The translations under genes and the position numbers were made by a program. From positions 8,092,483 through 8,156,482 of the forward strand of contig SMSO01000032.1 of the NCBI GenBank assembly GCA_004764695.1: a stretch of DNA of 64,000 bases, read 5' to 3'. The notes below the pieces were generated by a model. That model did not search any database, was not told the DNA's origin, and saw only the letters and a program-made list of their open reading frames with translations. The stretch comes from Schizochytrium sp. TIO01 (taxonomy: Eukaryota > Protista > Bigyra: Labyrinthulomycetes). Positions 32,845-44,989 of the stretch are shown in pieces; the stretch's first letter is position 1; every line of letters starts with the position of its first letter.

Positions 32845-35380
32845 GGTTTGCTGATGACGTTTCTGTTTCACAAACACGAAGAGTTGAACGAAAGGACGTC
32901 TTCCAAAGTTTTTGCCAGCGTGAAACCTTTCAAAGCATGAACGATCAATCAGCACCAACCCAGCGCAACTGACGGAGTCCGACCTCCGCCCAGACTGGTA
33001 CTGCTTGATTGCTGAGGCTGCGGGCAAGCTTAATGTACAAATGCACTCGCGGTGGCCAATTCAGGTCTGCATTTGACACAGTTCTTGCGCCTGGAAGAAG
33101 CCGGCCTTGCACATATAACACTAGTAGTATCTTACTATAAATTAAGATTTTTGAGCAAGAACTAAATAGAAAAGGAAAAAGCGATTCCACAAGAGAGCCT
33201 CTCTCGATTTGCAGCTGCAGACCTAGCTTTATCTCAACCTAGTCATCAAGCCGACTCATGTCCTTGAGCTGTCTATTGGGTCCCTTCTGAAGAATGAACG
33301 GGATCTATTCAAGTAGGCATAATTTTACAAGAACTACTATGGTGAAAGCTCTGCACGGGCCTCTTTCGCTGGCTTTTGGATTCAGGTCAGTTTTGACTCT
33401 CATTTGGCAACACTCATAAACCCACGCTTTTCGAGGCAAGCCACCGATGCTAATATATCGCTGTTGAGGAATGGTATAGTGAATAGACTGAGCCTGGCTC
33501 CTTGACTGATTATTTGAACCAAATTAGTGACAGGACCACACAGAGACGGCCGCCTGGCGTCTCGCAGAGCGACCTGGGGATGGAAACTGTCCGCCGTTTA
33601 GATAGCTAAGACTTCTTAGACCTTTGATGTGTAGTGGTCAGGACATCGACGATCGTGCTACGACGAAAGAACTTAACATATATTTGTAGTGAAGTTGATG
33701 CCATTCCAATAGCAGTTACATGCACTTAAATGCGCTTTTTAAGAGTTCGTTGTTGCTTGAGGTCATGCAACAATAAGAAAAAATTGATGCTGATTATGAT
33801 ATTTATTATGCTAATTCGGGGTTTACTGACCTCGGGTACATCGAAAATTCTGCAAAATTAAGGTGCGTTGCAGCCTGCATAAAGTTCCCACATCATGCAG
33901 AGGAAATGAACAAAGCGATGAAACGCGACAAACACTACCTGGCAGACGACTCGTGGTAATGAAAAACTAAATCGAGTTCCCCATCGCAAGACTAAACTAG
34001 AAGAAATTTGATCTCAGCGAAGGCTTTTTTGGCATGAAACTATGGCCAACCCTTCAAGCTGTGATTTTGATCTTTCGTGTCCTTACAGGCACTTCGCTAT
34101 TTATGAGGACTCTATTCAAGAGTCAGCAGCGGTGTTTAATGATATATACTAATAGCAGTGAACTTTTCTCTTGAGTATTTTAATGCACAATGGTCTATTA
34201 GCGTAGTCCCCGACAAGGCCCTAGGTTTACACTATACCGCTCTGCACTTTGGTGGATCGGCTAGAGGGCCCGGGACCTCTTTGGCAAAAGGGAATAAAAG
34301 CCAGGGTAAAACTCAGCGTAGATTATGCTCAGGGCATTATAAACTTGATGAATTGGTGAACTGGAAAGTTACAACAGACTACGTAGGGTCTTATACCGAA
34401 CTCTACCGTAGGAAGTAAAGTAGCATGCCCTAACCAAGAGATCGAGTTTTGTCAAGGTAGGAGACTCTTTATGGGCTTTTGGTGTACTAGAGCGAGTACA
34501 CATACTTCCTTTGCGTCATTTGATTGCTTTCTAAATTAAGGCGAGGACTATGGGATGCTATCATCAAAAGCTTTTCAATATTTTTTGTTTTGTTTTCTGT
34601 TTTCATAATCTCATATACCTTCGATAAATCAGTTTGAGGAGTTGAGGAGTAAGCGCTTTTAAAGTTAAAAGTTGACGTACGTCAAGGAATGCTTTACCCC
34701 ATCCTTGTTCAACTTTTCTCTGTTTGCCTCTGGCTGTATTATGATGTTCTTGTCACTGCTTTGGAGCAATGACTGTTTTTTTCTCATATTTGTTCTTATA
34801 AGTTTTAATGCTCCGGGAGAACAAATAAGCAAACAAACAGCGCTCTACCAATCGTTGATAAAGACAAAACACTAGTAGTTTTAAGCAACAATATGCAGAC
34901 CAATTGTTGGTTGCATGATCCAGAAGCAATCGCTATCATTGGGAGATATGGAAGAGGTCAAGTCTTATTCCAGCACTCAAGCTAAGAAAAACCTGTATAA
35001 GGGTGTAATTTAAAAGACTTGATTTTGTGAACTGGGGTTGTATCGTTAAGTGTTAGAGAACATCATGTGTAAGGTTTGTTTACCCGCATGGTAGTGCAAT
35101 CTGAAGTTCATGAGAGTTGACTTCTTTGTATGCATATGCTCCAGCGCCCAAACATAATCAAGAATCTCCTCTTGAGAAATGCGAACGATCCGTTACGAAA
35201 AGGGACCTAGTCTTAGTAATAGTAGCACTGTACTACTCCTCTCAGTTTGCTTACTCTAAGTACGACCTGTCGTACGAAAGGGGTATTTGGAAGTCGCGGA
35301 ATAAACAAAGTAATCAATCACGTGAACCAGCTTACTGGTTTGAAGAGGCAGTTCATGCAAAACTTGAGCGAAATGCCAAA

Positions 35381-37003
35381 ATGCAACAGGGAAGGACGGG
35401 GTGGAATTACCTGCACTTCCTTTGTTGTATTGCGAGCTTTTGCTTAACAAAAGGAGATGCAGCATTAATTTTACGCAACGGCAACGAAACCCTTGTTGGT
35501 ATTGATTCAACAAGATCATTCAACTTTTATATTGGCGTCCAGGAAATCTCACCAAGTCAGCGACCTACAGCAACGCCAGAAGAAATCGAGGAAACATTTC
35601 GACGGAATCTTACAGTGCGGTACATGTCAATAGAACAAGATCAAGATGCTTTCTGCCATAGCATGAGAGTAAATGGCACTTTGTTTAGCAGCTTCAAAGA
35701 AGCACAATCTCAACTTGTTATATTTCCATGGACCTTTGACTTTATGTGTAATGGTGATCTCGGTACGTGGGGCACCGAATATTTCATTTACAATTTGTGT
35801 AAGATGGGATCACCGCTGCTCTGGCTTGTCTCGCATAACACAATGTTTATGTACCAGCATGATGGTCATAAATTTTCGAGTTGGTATAACGGGCCTTACT
35901 CTGAGCAGATTCAAAATTGTTTTTTTGCAATTGGCCTCCCTGATACGGATTCTGAGCTCCAAGCTATGGAAGGCTTGCAGTTAAGTTCAAAGGACTACCG
36001 AGTTGATATTGAAATTGAATGGACGAAGTATGTTGGATTTGATAAAGGAGATAATTACTTGCTTGTGTCAGAAGGTATTCCAGGAGTATGCTTTTGTTTT
36101 TTGTCCGTAATATGCTTGTTCCGTCTCGTTGTTGCACCTTCTAAGCAGGACTCTTTGAAATCGCGGCGAACGAGCATTCTTGTTTTGAATTTTGCAGTAA
36201 CTACTTTCGTAGGAGTCTGTAAACTTCTTGCATGCATTGAAAGACTCCCATGTTATATGGCCCTCGCAATTCTAACTTCGTTTTCTTTCACGGGCGTTGG
36301 AACTTCGATTTTAGTGAGATCTCTCTACGGAGAGGTTCTTATCCGGCTTGCTTTGGGAGTTCAAGTTAGACGTGGATACAATCGACAAAAGGTCATACCC
36401 TTTGTGGCATGTGGAATTTGTCTAATTCTAGACATCGTTTTTGGATTTCTCATAGTGAATTCAACAACTAAGAACGCTGTTTTAATAGGAAATTTGACGG
36501 TGCTCTTGCTGTCTAGTTCACAAGGCTTTGTTTCGTATCGTATGATTAAAAGTACCAGAAAAGCGAAACAAATGCTTGCGTCTCAGCGTAAAATATTCAT
36601 ACCACTTGACCAAACAATTATAGTTACTTCACATGTTAGCTCTTTTGCATCATGCGAACACAATGAAAAGACTAATATTTCGTCGATTGCACCTTCGAAA
36701 GTTGAGGATGATGATGGCGTTAGAAAGGTCCAACGGTTCGACGCAATAGATACAATGCAGCGCAAGTTAAGAAAAGTAGAAGGCGAACTTCGAATATGGG
36801 TGGCAATTGCAGCTATTGGTGCAGTTGTAAGCGTCGCCTCTTATGCAGTATGGCCCTTTTTTTGGGTTGGGAGTCAGTATGTAGTTCTAAAACTTTTTGT
36901 AGACGTGGGGAGATTTATCAATATATGGGCGGAAATCAACACTACGGCACCTTCTTCGTCTTACCGTTGCCGGAGTCATTGTTTTTGTTTTAAGAGCCAC
37001 TAG
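35381..37003 (+). CDS. signal peptide + ~200-aa ectodomain + 7TM membrane protein (orphan receptor-like)
   Basis: ATG 35381 gives the signal-like MQQGRTGWNYLHFLCCIASFCLTKGDA, followed by N-glycosylation sequons (NET, NLT, NGT), seven hydrophobic helices and a long loop between TM5 and TM6. Confidence 0.7.
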   Translation: MQQGRTGWNYLHFLCCIASFCLTKGDAALILRNGNETLVGIDSTRSFNFYIGVQEISPSQRPTATPEEIEETFRRNLTVRYMSIEQDQDAFCHSMRVNGTLFSSFKEAQSQLVIFPWTFDFMCNGDLGTWGTEYFIYNLCKMGSPLLWLVSHNTMFMYQHDGHKFSSWYNGPYSEQIQNCFFAIGLPDTDSELQAMEGLQLSSKDYRVDIEIEWTKYVGFDKGDNYLLVSEGIPGVCFCFLSVICLFRLVVAPSKQDSLKSRRTSILVLNFAVTTFVGVCKLLACIERLPCYMALAILTSFSFTGVGTSILVRSLYGEVLIRLALGVQVRRGYNRQKVIPFVACGICLILDIVFGFLIVNSTTKNAVLIGNLTVLLLSSSQGFVSYRMIKSTRKAKQMLASQRKIFIPLDQTIIVTSHVSSFASCEHNEKTNISSIAPSKVEDDDGVRKVQRFDAIDTMQRKLRKVEGELRIWVAIAAIGAVVSVASYAVWPFFWVGSQYVVLKLFVDVGRFINIWAEINTTAPSSSYRCRSHCFCFKSH

Positions 37004-37277
37004 TCTTCCTTGTGATTTTGAAGCTACACCAGATGTTTTACCTTTCAGTTTCTGCTATCGTCTCTTGGTTTAGCACTAGTTTGTTGGTTTTGATTGGCGG
37101 TGTGTGTTGTGACTGTGCCTTGATAACCATTAGATAACACTATTGATTGAGAATAAAGCACCTCTCATGTCTAAAATTTACTCCAAATGATATGTTTTCG
37201 TGAAATAATAAAGTATTGTGTAATACATTTGACAGAACAAAGCTTCTTAATTTATTTAGAATAAAATTGGATAGCAA

Positions 37278-38837
37278 TCATAGTCTTGTGATTTTGAATC
37301 TTGGCATAGGATCAGGCACACCAGCTGTAGCCTGCTTCAAGGCAGGTTTCGGCAAGGTGGGATCTTCGAGGACAATGTTGTAACGTTTCACCAATTCACA
37401 AAGAAGTGTCCGCAGTTCAAGTTCAGCAGCGCGTTTGCCGAGGCATACTCTTGCTCCACTACCAAACGGATCCTTGGAAACAGCAGCATCCAACTTAGAA
37501 GTGAACGGACAGCCTTTCCGTGCACGAATATTTTCACGGAAGTAACGCTCTGGTTTAAATTCATTGGCATCGGGAATGAAGCTCGTTTCTCGCGTCTCGT
37601 AGGAAGGGCAAAGTTGTAAACAGGTTCCTGCAGGTACCTTCACACGAGAGTTGGGTAAAATAATGTCATGGTCAAGAATTCGAAGCCCTGTAAGAAAGCC
37701 CGAAGGGTAAAGACGATTAGATTCACGAATGAAAGCTTCAAGATAAGGCATCTTTGCAGATTTCTTAAACGGGCCGCCACCAAGGACCTCGCGAATTTCT
37801 TCACGAATCTTAGCTTGGCAATCGGGGTGATATCCAAGTGAAACAATTGCCCACTGAATGAGACCCATGGTTGTGCCGACACTTGCGCTCAAGAGATTCG
37901 TCATAATCAGGACTAGCTGATCCACAGGGATACCCTGCTCATCACGAAGATCTTTGAACCAACATGTTGGAATGTCCTTTTGATCAAAAATCCGCTTCAC
38001 CTCAGTATTGGTAATCTCGAGAATGCGATCAAAGCTAGCTTCCATTTTGGCATAACCATTCCACGGATGCAGAATCCAAGGTGTAAAATGTAAACGCATA
38101 GCAAGAGTCATGGCGGTTTCGTCAAGAGCAACGATTTCTTTCATAGGATTCTTGCAGTTTTTGTTTGTGATATCAGGACTTTCTCCTAGAGCGAGAGAAG
38201 CGAACATGTCAAGGGCTGCGTATTTCGTCCAATCAGCAATATTATCTGCATAATCTTCAAAATGATCCACCGCACCCCGAGCGGCCTCTTGCACCAGTGG
38301 CTCGTAACGCGCAACTGCATCCGTGTAGATACCTGGAGCTAGAATATCACGAGCTTTACGCCACTCCTCTCCCCAACCACTAAGTTTGTATGGGATATTG
38401 GGATCGTCTACGTCAGACTTTCCGCGCCAGAATTTCCTCAAAACATCAATATCTCCAGTGCCTCTAACATGTTTACCTTCGTTCTGGTAAATATGCTTGA
38501 CATCGTCTTGGTTGAAAACAATCAGCACTGTTTGACCACGAGCATCCTTGACGCGGGCCACGCCTTGCTCACGGCCAATTTCTTGATAAAGTTCAGTGAT
38601 CATCTGGAGTTGATCGTTCGCAAGCGTTAGGACCCATTTCCAACCTGGGCCCTTGACATCAGCAAGCTCAATGAAGTCGTTCTCTGGACTATTCGAAGCA
38701 GCAATTGTGCTTTTGGGCCGTCTTGCACTGTTATTCGAAAGAGATCCAGGTTGGGTTAAGCCCCCTGCAAGAGCTTTCGGGAGAAATTGACTTGATATCA
38801 AGCCTTTCCTACATCCAAAAACCCTAATGCCCATCAT
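37278..38837 (-). CDS. cytochrome P450, array copy 1 (mitochondrial-type presequence)
   Basis: WRKAR, I-helix LSASVGTT, ESNR (ExxR), FKPERY, heme motif PFGSGARVCLG. Confidence 0.96.
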   Translation of the reverse strand: MMGIRVFGCRKGLISSQFLPKALAGGLTQPGSLSNNSARRPKSTIAASNSPENDFIELADVKGPGWKWVLTLANDQLQMITELYQEIGREQGVARVKDARGQTVLIVFNQDDVKHIYQNEGKHVRGTGDIDVLRKFWRGKSDVDDPNIPYKLSGWGEEWRKARDILAPGIYTDAVARYEPLVQEAARGAVDHFEDYADNIADWTKYAALDMFASLALGESPDITNKNCKNPMKEIVALDETAMTLAMRLHFTPWILHPWNGYAKMEASFDRILEITNTEVKRIFDQKDIPTCWFKDLRDEQGIPVDQLVLIMTNLLSASVGTTMGLIQWAIVSLGYHPDCQAKIREEIREVLGGGPFKKSAKMPYLEAFIRESNRLYPSGFLTGLRILDHDIILPNSRVKVPAGTCLQLCPSYETRETSFIPDANEFKPERYFRENIRARKGCPFTSKLDAAVSKDPFGSGARVCLGKRAAELELRTLLCELVKRYNIVLEDPTLPKPALKQATAGVPDPMPRFKITRL

Positions 38838-39753
38838 TCTTTTCCTGTACTTGTTTTTTTTAAAGCGCGCATGATTTTCACAATACCAGTCAGTAAAAGG
38901 TTCTTGATTTCCTACTACAGGATATATGTTGTCTTACTATGAGCTTGAGCCTTCCCCTTTCCTACTAGATCCAAGGATTATTTCGAAGTTCTAGGTTTGC
39001 TGCTCGACCTATCCTCGGCCAAAGTTCACAATGCTACTATTTTCCATTTCCAAATATGTATCGACATGTTCAGACACTGTAACGATTGCGCATTAGTCGC
39101 ATCTTGATTGCGTGGTTATCGTCTTCAAACTCTAGTTATGATAAACTCTAGAAAACGCACTAATTGATCGTTCCCCACTATCTAAAGAGGAAAAAAATGC
39201 ACTATCTGTTGAAACGACTCATGAGCAATCAGAAGTCAGGACATGCACTGAGATAGGTAGAACAAGGAATACTTGGGCATGAGATGACAATAAAGAATTA
39301 CAAGTTTATTATTGTCTTCTATCACTCTCAAAGGTAATGAGTTTATAAAATCTTTAGCTTGAGTAAAATCTGAAGCTACCCCTCATTACTGGTTTTCCAA
39401 CACAATTTACCAAACAGGAATTTACTTTTTTAAAGAAAATAATTAATAAACTAAATAGAAGCCAGTTTTCCCGAGAGAGACAATGGTATAATAGATGAAA
39501 ATGCGAAGTTCTGCAGAGTGCTGACAAAGAAACCTGTTCAAAGACTATGGGCAATGTCTATTTTAATGAAATGATTCTTTAATATGGTGTTGCAAATTTA
39601 GTGTCTATATCTGTCCAAGTCGTAATTTTGCCATGTTCATGCCAAGCTCCAAAACGACTCTAGAAAGTCACAAGGATTGAAATTACAAGTACGGAGAAGC
39701 AAGCATGACAGACGAGGTGCATTAAAGAAAGAACAAAAAACTAAATGGCTTAT

Positions 39754-41317
39754 TTAATTTTTGACAGGGACAAGTTTAAAAGTAGGCATGTTCTTCGGCA
39801 TCATCAAAATATGAGAAATATTGCCTGTCTCAGGCTGACCAGGAGGATCCATAACCAATTCATATCTCTGCAAGAGCTCGCAAATTAGAGTTCGCAACTC
39901 AAGCTCTGCAGCACGCTTGCCAAGACAAGCACGCGAACCGTTTCCGAATGGGTCTCGACTTACAGCAGCATCCAAAGGTGACTTGATTGGGCAGGCCTTT
40001 CGTGTACGAATAACTTCGCGGTTAAAGCGTTCTGGATCAAAGACATCAGCGTCAGGAATCAATCGTTTGTCACGAGTTGCATACTGAGGAGACAGCTCGA
40101 TCAGAGTTAGAAATTCTTACGCGGCTAACAGGAAGGACAACATCATGTGTAAGGCGACGAAGACTTGAAAGAGGATTCATAGGGTAGAAGCGGGTCACCT
40201 CACGCATGACAGCTTCTAAATAAGGGATCTTAGCAGCTCTTGTGTACGGCTTCCCCCCAAGAACTGATTGTATTTCATGTCGAAGCTTCGTTTGCACTTC
40301 AGGATAATACAGCAAAGCTACACTAAACCACTGCATCAATGTTTTTGTGGTAGCAGTTGCTGCTGAAAGGAGAGGTCCTAACATATTCACAAGTTGAGCC
40401 CTCGTGAACTTTTGTTCGTCGCGAAGGTCTTTAAACCAACACGGTGGAACATCCTTGACGCCAAATAGTTCGTCTACTTGTACGGCGCCAATTTCAGTGA
40501 TTCGATCAAGCGCAGCTGTCATCTTATCGAAAGAACCTCTGGGTACCATCAAGGGTGGTGTAAAGGCAATCTTGATGCTCAAGATGGTACCTTCCCCATC
40601 CAGATGCACAACCTCTCTCAATGGGGAGATGGCATCGGGGTCAACAGTTTTGCTGTTACTACCGAGGGTAAGAGACGCAAACATATCGAATGAAGAGTAC
40701 TGCGTCCACAAATCCCACTTATCAAGGTATTGTTCGGCATGATCTACTGCAAAACGAGCAGCTTCTTGCACGAGGGGTTCGTATCTGGAGACCGCATCAG
40801 TGTTGATGCCTGCGTGCAATACTCTTCTAGCGTCATGTGACCTTTGGCCTGATAAAGACAGACTCAAAGCAAGGTTATCCTCACCTTCCCCATGGCGTTT
40901 ATGATATGCACGAATTGGCCAAAATGATGTCGCAGAGCCATCACAGTCCTTGCCCTCGTTCTGATATACATATTTTGCGTCCTCTTGGTTGAAGATCAGG
41001 GCACATGGTTCTGAACCAGCACTACCTGGCCAACGAACCCGCACGACTCCTTGTTCATGGCCAATACGTTCATACAGCTCCGAGCGAATTGTAATGGGGT
41101 TTTGAACTAACTTGAGAAGCCAAAACCAATTTGGCCCGTCGATGTCCTTAAACTCACGAATAGGGGCTTCGTTCTCTGGAGCATGAGATCCTTCTGCCCC
41201 GGCTGATGCGAGATCTACAGACTTGTGTCTACATGCCACTGAAGTTCTTGCAAATGCTGCTGGCTGCCATGAAAATCCAGAAACTCGCGTGGCTTTAGCC
41301 ACACTGCCAGCAAACAT
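39754..41317 (-). pseudogene. cytochrome P450, array copy 2, frameshifted near 40108 (pseudogene, assembly error or cryptic intron)
   Basis: The two ORFs (40070-41317 and 39754-40062) together form a full P450: LSAATATT, EVTR, FDPERF, PFGNGSRACLG. Against the paralog motif V.(V/I)PAGT, 5 nt are missing (ATT TCT A ACT CTG). Confidence 0.85.
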
Positions 41318-42594
41318 TTCTCAGAACTCTGTAGTACTAGATCACTTCCCCTCCAAGTAGCAGCTTTCGTGACGGAACCCCGAAGTTACGGATCTGCTTG
41401 CAGCGAGGTAGGTATAAAGAGCAGAAGAACTACAACCATTCGACTAATGTGAAATGACTAGGCACCTTGTCTACCCTGCATTATCAAAGCCTACATTCGA
41501 CACAATTCGACAGGACTCAAAGTGATATAGATAGGTAGGTAGGTGCCAATGCAGTATCAAAAGTTTGTTTCTTTGTGGTTGTTTGTTGCATATATTAATC
41601 TTTATATGTATATTAAGTTAAGACTAATTATTTTTCAATTTAACATGGAATAATAACATTTTAATTTAATTTTATTTTGTTAGTAGCGAGTCGATATCTG
41701 GGAACTATCGTGTCCCTTCTTTAAAACATTAAAATAAAAAAGTTATAAGAAATCAAAATAAGCTTTGACAATAATAATAATATTATATATATAAAAAAAA
41801 TACAAGTATTCAAAGAATATAGCATCTAACTCCACCCCTTCTCGCAATCCCTGCCTTGAAGAACAGTATATATTTCCATATCGTTTTGGACTAGCAAAGC
41901 ATTTGGGTTAGCAACAGAGAGAGTTAAATTAGAGTCTACTATTGCAGGGATACTTTGTAAAATTTAAAAGTTGGTAGCATGTAATAATTGCGATGTCAAT
42001 GCTTAAAAATTGAATATGATTGCGATACAATTCATTCTATGACTTCTTCGGAAAGTTCGAGTATAAAGTGATTTGAGTAGGTACTGCTATAGTTCTAAAA
42101 GACTGGTTTGAACTTTGTTTCGGTTCCTTTACAAGTAGGGAGGCGCCTCTTAGCTTTTTGCAGAGGCTATTCCAACAACCCTTTTTATAAATTGCATTGG
42201 TATTATCCCAAGTGAAAAAAGTCTGTGACGCCTTTTTTATTATTTCCAGTGCAACGCAGCTTCCGTGTTTCTACGTTTTTTGAAGCCTTAGTTCTATGAG
42301 CCATATTTTCCCTATAAAGACAAAGCGGCAGGTAGGGCTGCGTGCTTGCTATGTTCTCCCTCATCCGAGATCTTTCTACTCACCGTGGCTTCTTCTTCTT
42401 CTTCCTTGGAGCTCAACCTGGTGCTAATACATAGTGAGTAGTAGCATTTTCAATAACTGTTTTCATTAAAAATTATAAAAACTCTTTCATTAAAAATTAA
42501 TTATAATTAAAATTATAATTAAAATATAATTAAAATTAGACCGGGATGCGGAGATGCAATTACTACCAAACTAAACTGCCTGATCGCAAAGATC

Positions 42595-42620
42595 GCTCGA
42601 CTCGACTCGACTCGACTCGA
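42595..42620. repeat. (CTCGA)5 pentamer repeat
   Basis: gctcgactcgactcgactcgactcga. Confidence 0.85.
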
Positions 42621-42892
42621 CGCAACTCCAAGTTCACACAAAATCGGCCGACCAAACCATTTGCAAAAATTCGAGCGTCCGCGACCAGTTTTAATGATTT
42701 CTGGGTTGGCCAATCGTACGTTCGTGTGAACGATCATGCTTCAGGATTCATGAGTTATGAATTATGAGTTCCAGCTTTCAGGGAGAATGAAGGATTCGGA
42801 CCCTGCACAGTTCACTTGTCACTAGTTCAGCCTATGTGATCCCTATGGCGAACATCGGCAGGTGCCATAGGTTCCAACGAGCCTTAAGAATT

Positions 42893-42915
42893 TAATAATA
42901 ATAATAATAATAATA
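42893..42915. repeat. (AAT)n microsatellite
   Basis: taataataataataataataata. Confidence 0.85.
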
Positions 42916-44989
42916 AAATGTATGCCTTATGTAAAATTATTTATCTCACCTTTCTAAAATAAATGAATTATAATAAATCGATTGAAGATCGCTCGACTGA
43001 GGTTCGCTTTAAAATGCAAGATCGTCGCTGGCGAGAAGCTAGGCAGTAGGCACCTAGTGGCCAGATGGGCAGCTGCTTAGTCGCATCCGCCGTCAATCGC
43101 AGCGCTACGGATGGCCTCTTTTTTCAAGGTGTACTGCAGTGCCTTCTTCTATATAGCCTATGAGGTGACTAAATAAATAGCGGCTGATTTTTAATTCAAT
43201 AAAAACCAAATGATGAAAAAGAAAAAACAGAAAGAGAAAAAGCCTAAAGAACAAAATAATAGTAAGCAAAGCGCTTCCTCGTGAAGTGGGTGATTCGTAC
43301 ATTCTTCACCGCAAGTATTGTCCTCTGCCACTTTGGCCCCGCTCAGGAACACCTAGGATGGGTACGCAGGAATTTGTTGCGAAGACGTGCCTAAACTACT
43401 TCTTCCTGGCTGGATTCTAGTCTCTGAACATGTTTGTTGATTGATCGCAGCTAATTGTGTAGAATGTTGTTGGAGTGCAGACGCCGTGTCCGTGGGCCCG
43501 CATCGTTGGATATAGGCGGCTTTGCGGAAGTCCGTGGTCGGACCTCTGGTTCCATGCCAGAGGTTTCGAGGTGGTTTATCTTGCAGCGGGCGAAGCATTG
43601 AATGGGTGCTACCCCCTTAAAGTAATGAAGGCATATTCGAGGGTTTGTGAAACGACGTCGAGTCAGTACGTCCGGTGTGTATTGATAGGTGGCTGCCAAC
43701 ATCTATTCCAATGCTGAATGTGAAGAACCAATGACACGTTTTTGCAGGTAAACAGGAAATGCTCTTGAGCAATTTGACGCGGGTCGTGTAATTTAGATAA
43801 AGGTGTAGTGTTTAACGGGATCTGCGGCGCTTCTAAGAACCGTGTATTTGTAAAAGGGTGTGAACAAGAGATTATAAAATATTCATCTGAGGAATAGGCC
43901 ATCCAGGATGTCTAAAACTGATCAAATTGTGATCAATCACCTTAGAGCTCAGTCGATATTGAAATAGGTTTTGGAAATGTTGCTTTAATCGCAAGCTTTG
44001 TGGGTGGAAACCCTTCATATTAGACTTCTATGCCCATTGCTTCTTCAACACTCGGTACCCTGAAAGGTTTTTTAAAACTCGGACTACTAATCAAGTCAGA
44101 AGGTTCCATTGGACGTCACCTCTAAAAAGAGTTATCTGTAGCGTATAAGTTGTTTCCTTATTCACTTCTCCAGACGAAACCAAACTTTCTTCATTATAGA
44201 CTCACAACCTGTCGCATGCAACAGGTCGTTATACCATGGTACATGGTACTATACTCCAAAACTAACTCTGGCTTTGGCTTTGACAAATCAGAGAAGTAGG
44301 TTCGTACCTACTGTTGCAATGTCTGTCTAGTCATCCTTTTCTTTTATAATTTACTTTGAAAATATCTGTTTTCTTTTCTTTTTCTAATTACTCCACAACA
44401 GTAATAATAACAATAATAATAATAATAACAATAATTTAGACCTCTCTAGATATATATATATATATTGTTCAGAAGGCGAGGGCGGTGTTTTGGTGCATTG
44501 ATTGCAGTTCCTGTCTATATAGGATTGAAATATGGCATAACCTTGCGTGTAAAGACGGCAAATAGCATTACGAGGCAAGATTTTTCTGTTTCAGTTTTTA
44601 GTTTTTGTTTTTTCTGACTTTGTGATTTGATTATAAAGTTACACGCCAAGAATAGCGAGACCATAGTGCTGGTTTCAGATGTGGGTGGACAAAGAAAATG
44701 TACTCAAGGCCAATAGATGGAAACGTTTGAAGGGCAAATCTTTATCAAAGTGCGACTCTTTTGAATGAATCGTGCTAACATACATGGTTCCCTTTCGTAG
44801 CAAACACATGTATGGAATCTCTCGATGCAGGACTAGAACAAACTATAAGAAGGGATTGAAAAATCATAACAAAACTTTTGTATTTATGTGAGTCTACCTG
44901 TGCTTTGATAGACCGAAAGTTAAAACTTGACGCATTCATAAGACATTCAGAACTGAAACAAACCGTGATCTATAGAGCGAAGCTTGCAT

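Noticed and set aside
42780-42872. tRNA T-loop-like GGGTCCGAATCC on the minus strand and an 8-bp hairpin CCTATGGC...GCCATAGG
   Set aside because: No cloverleaf, acceptor stem or D-arm could be built
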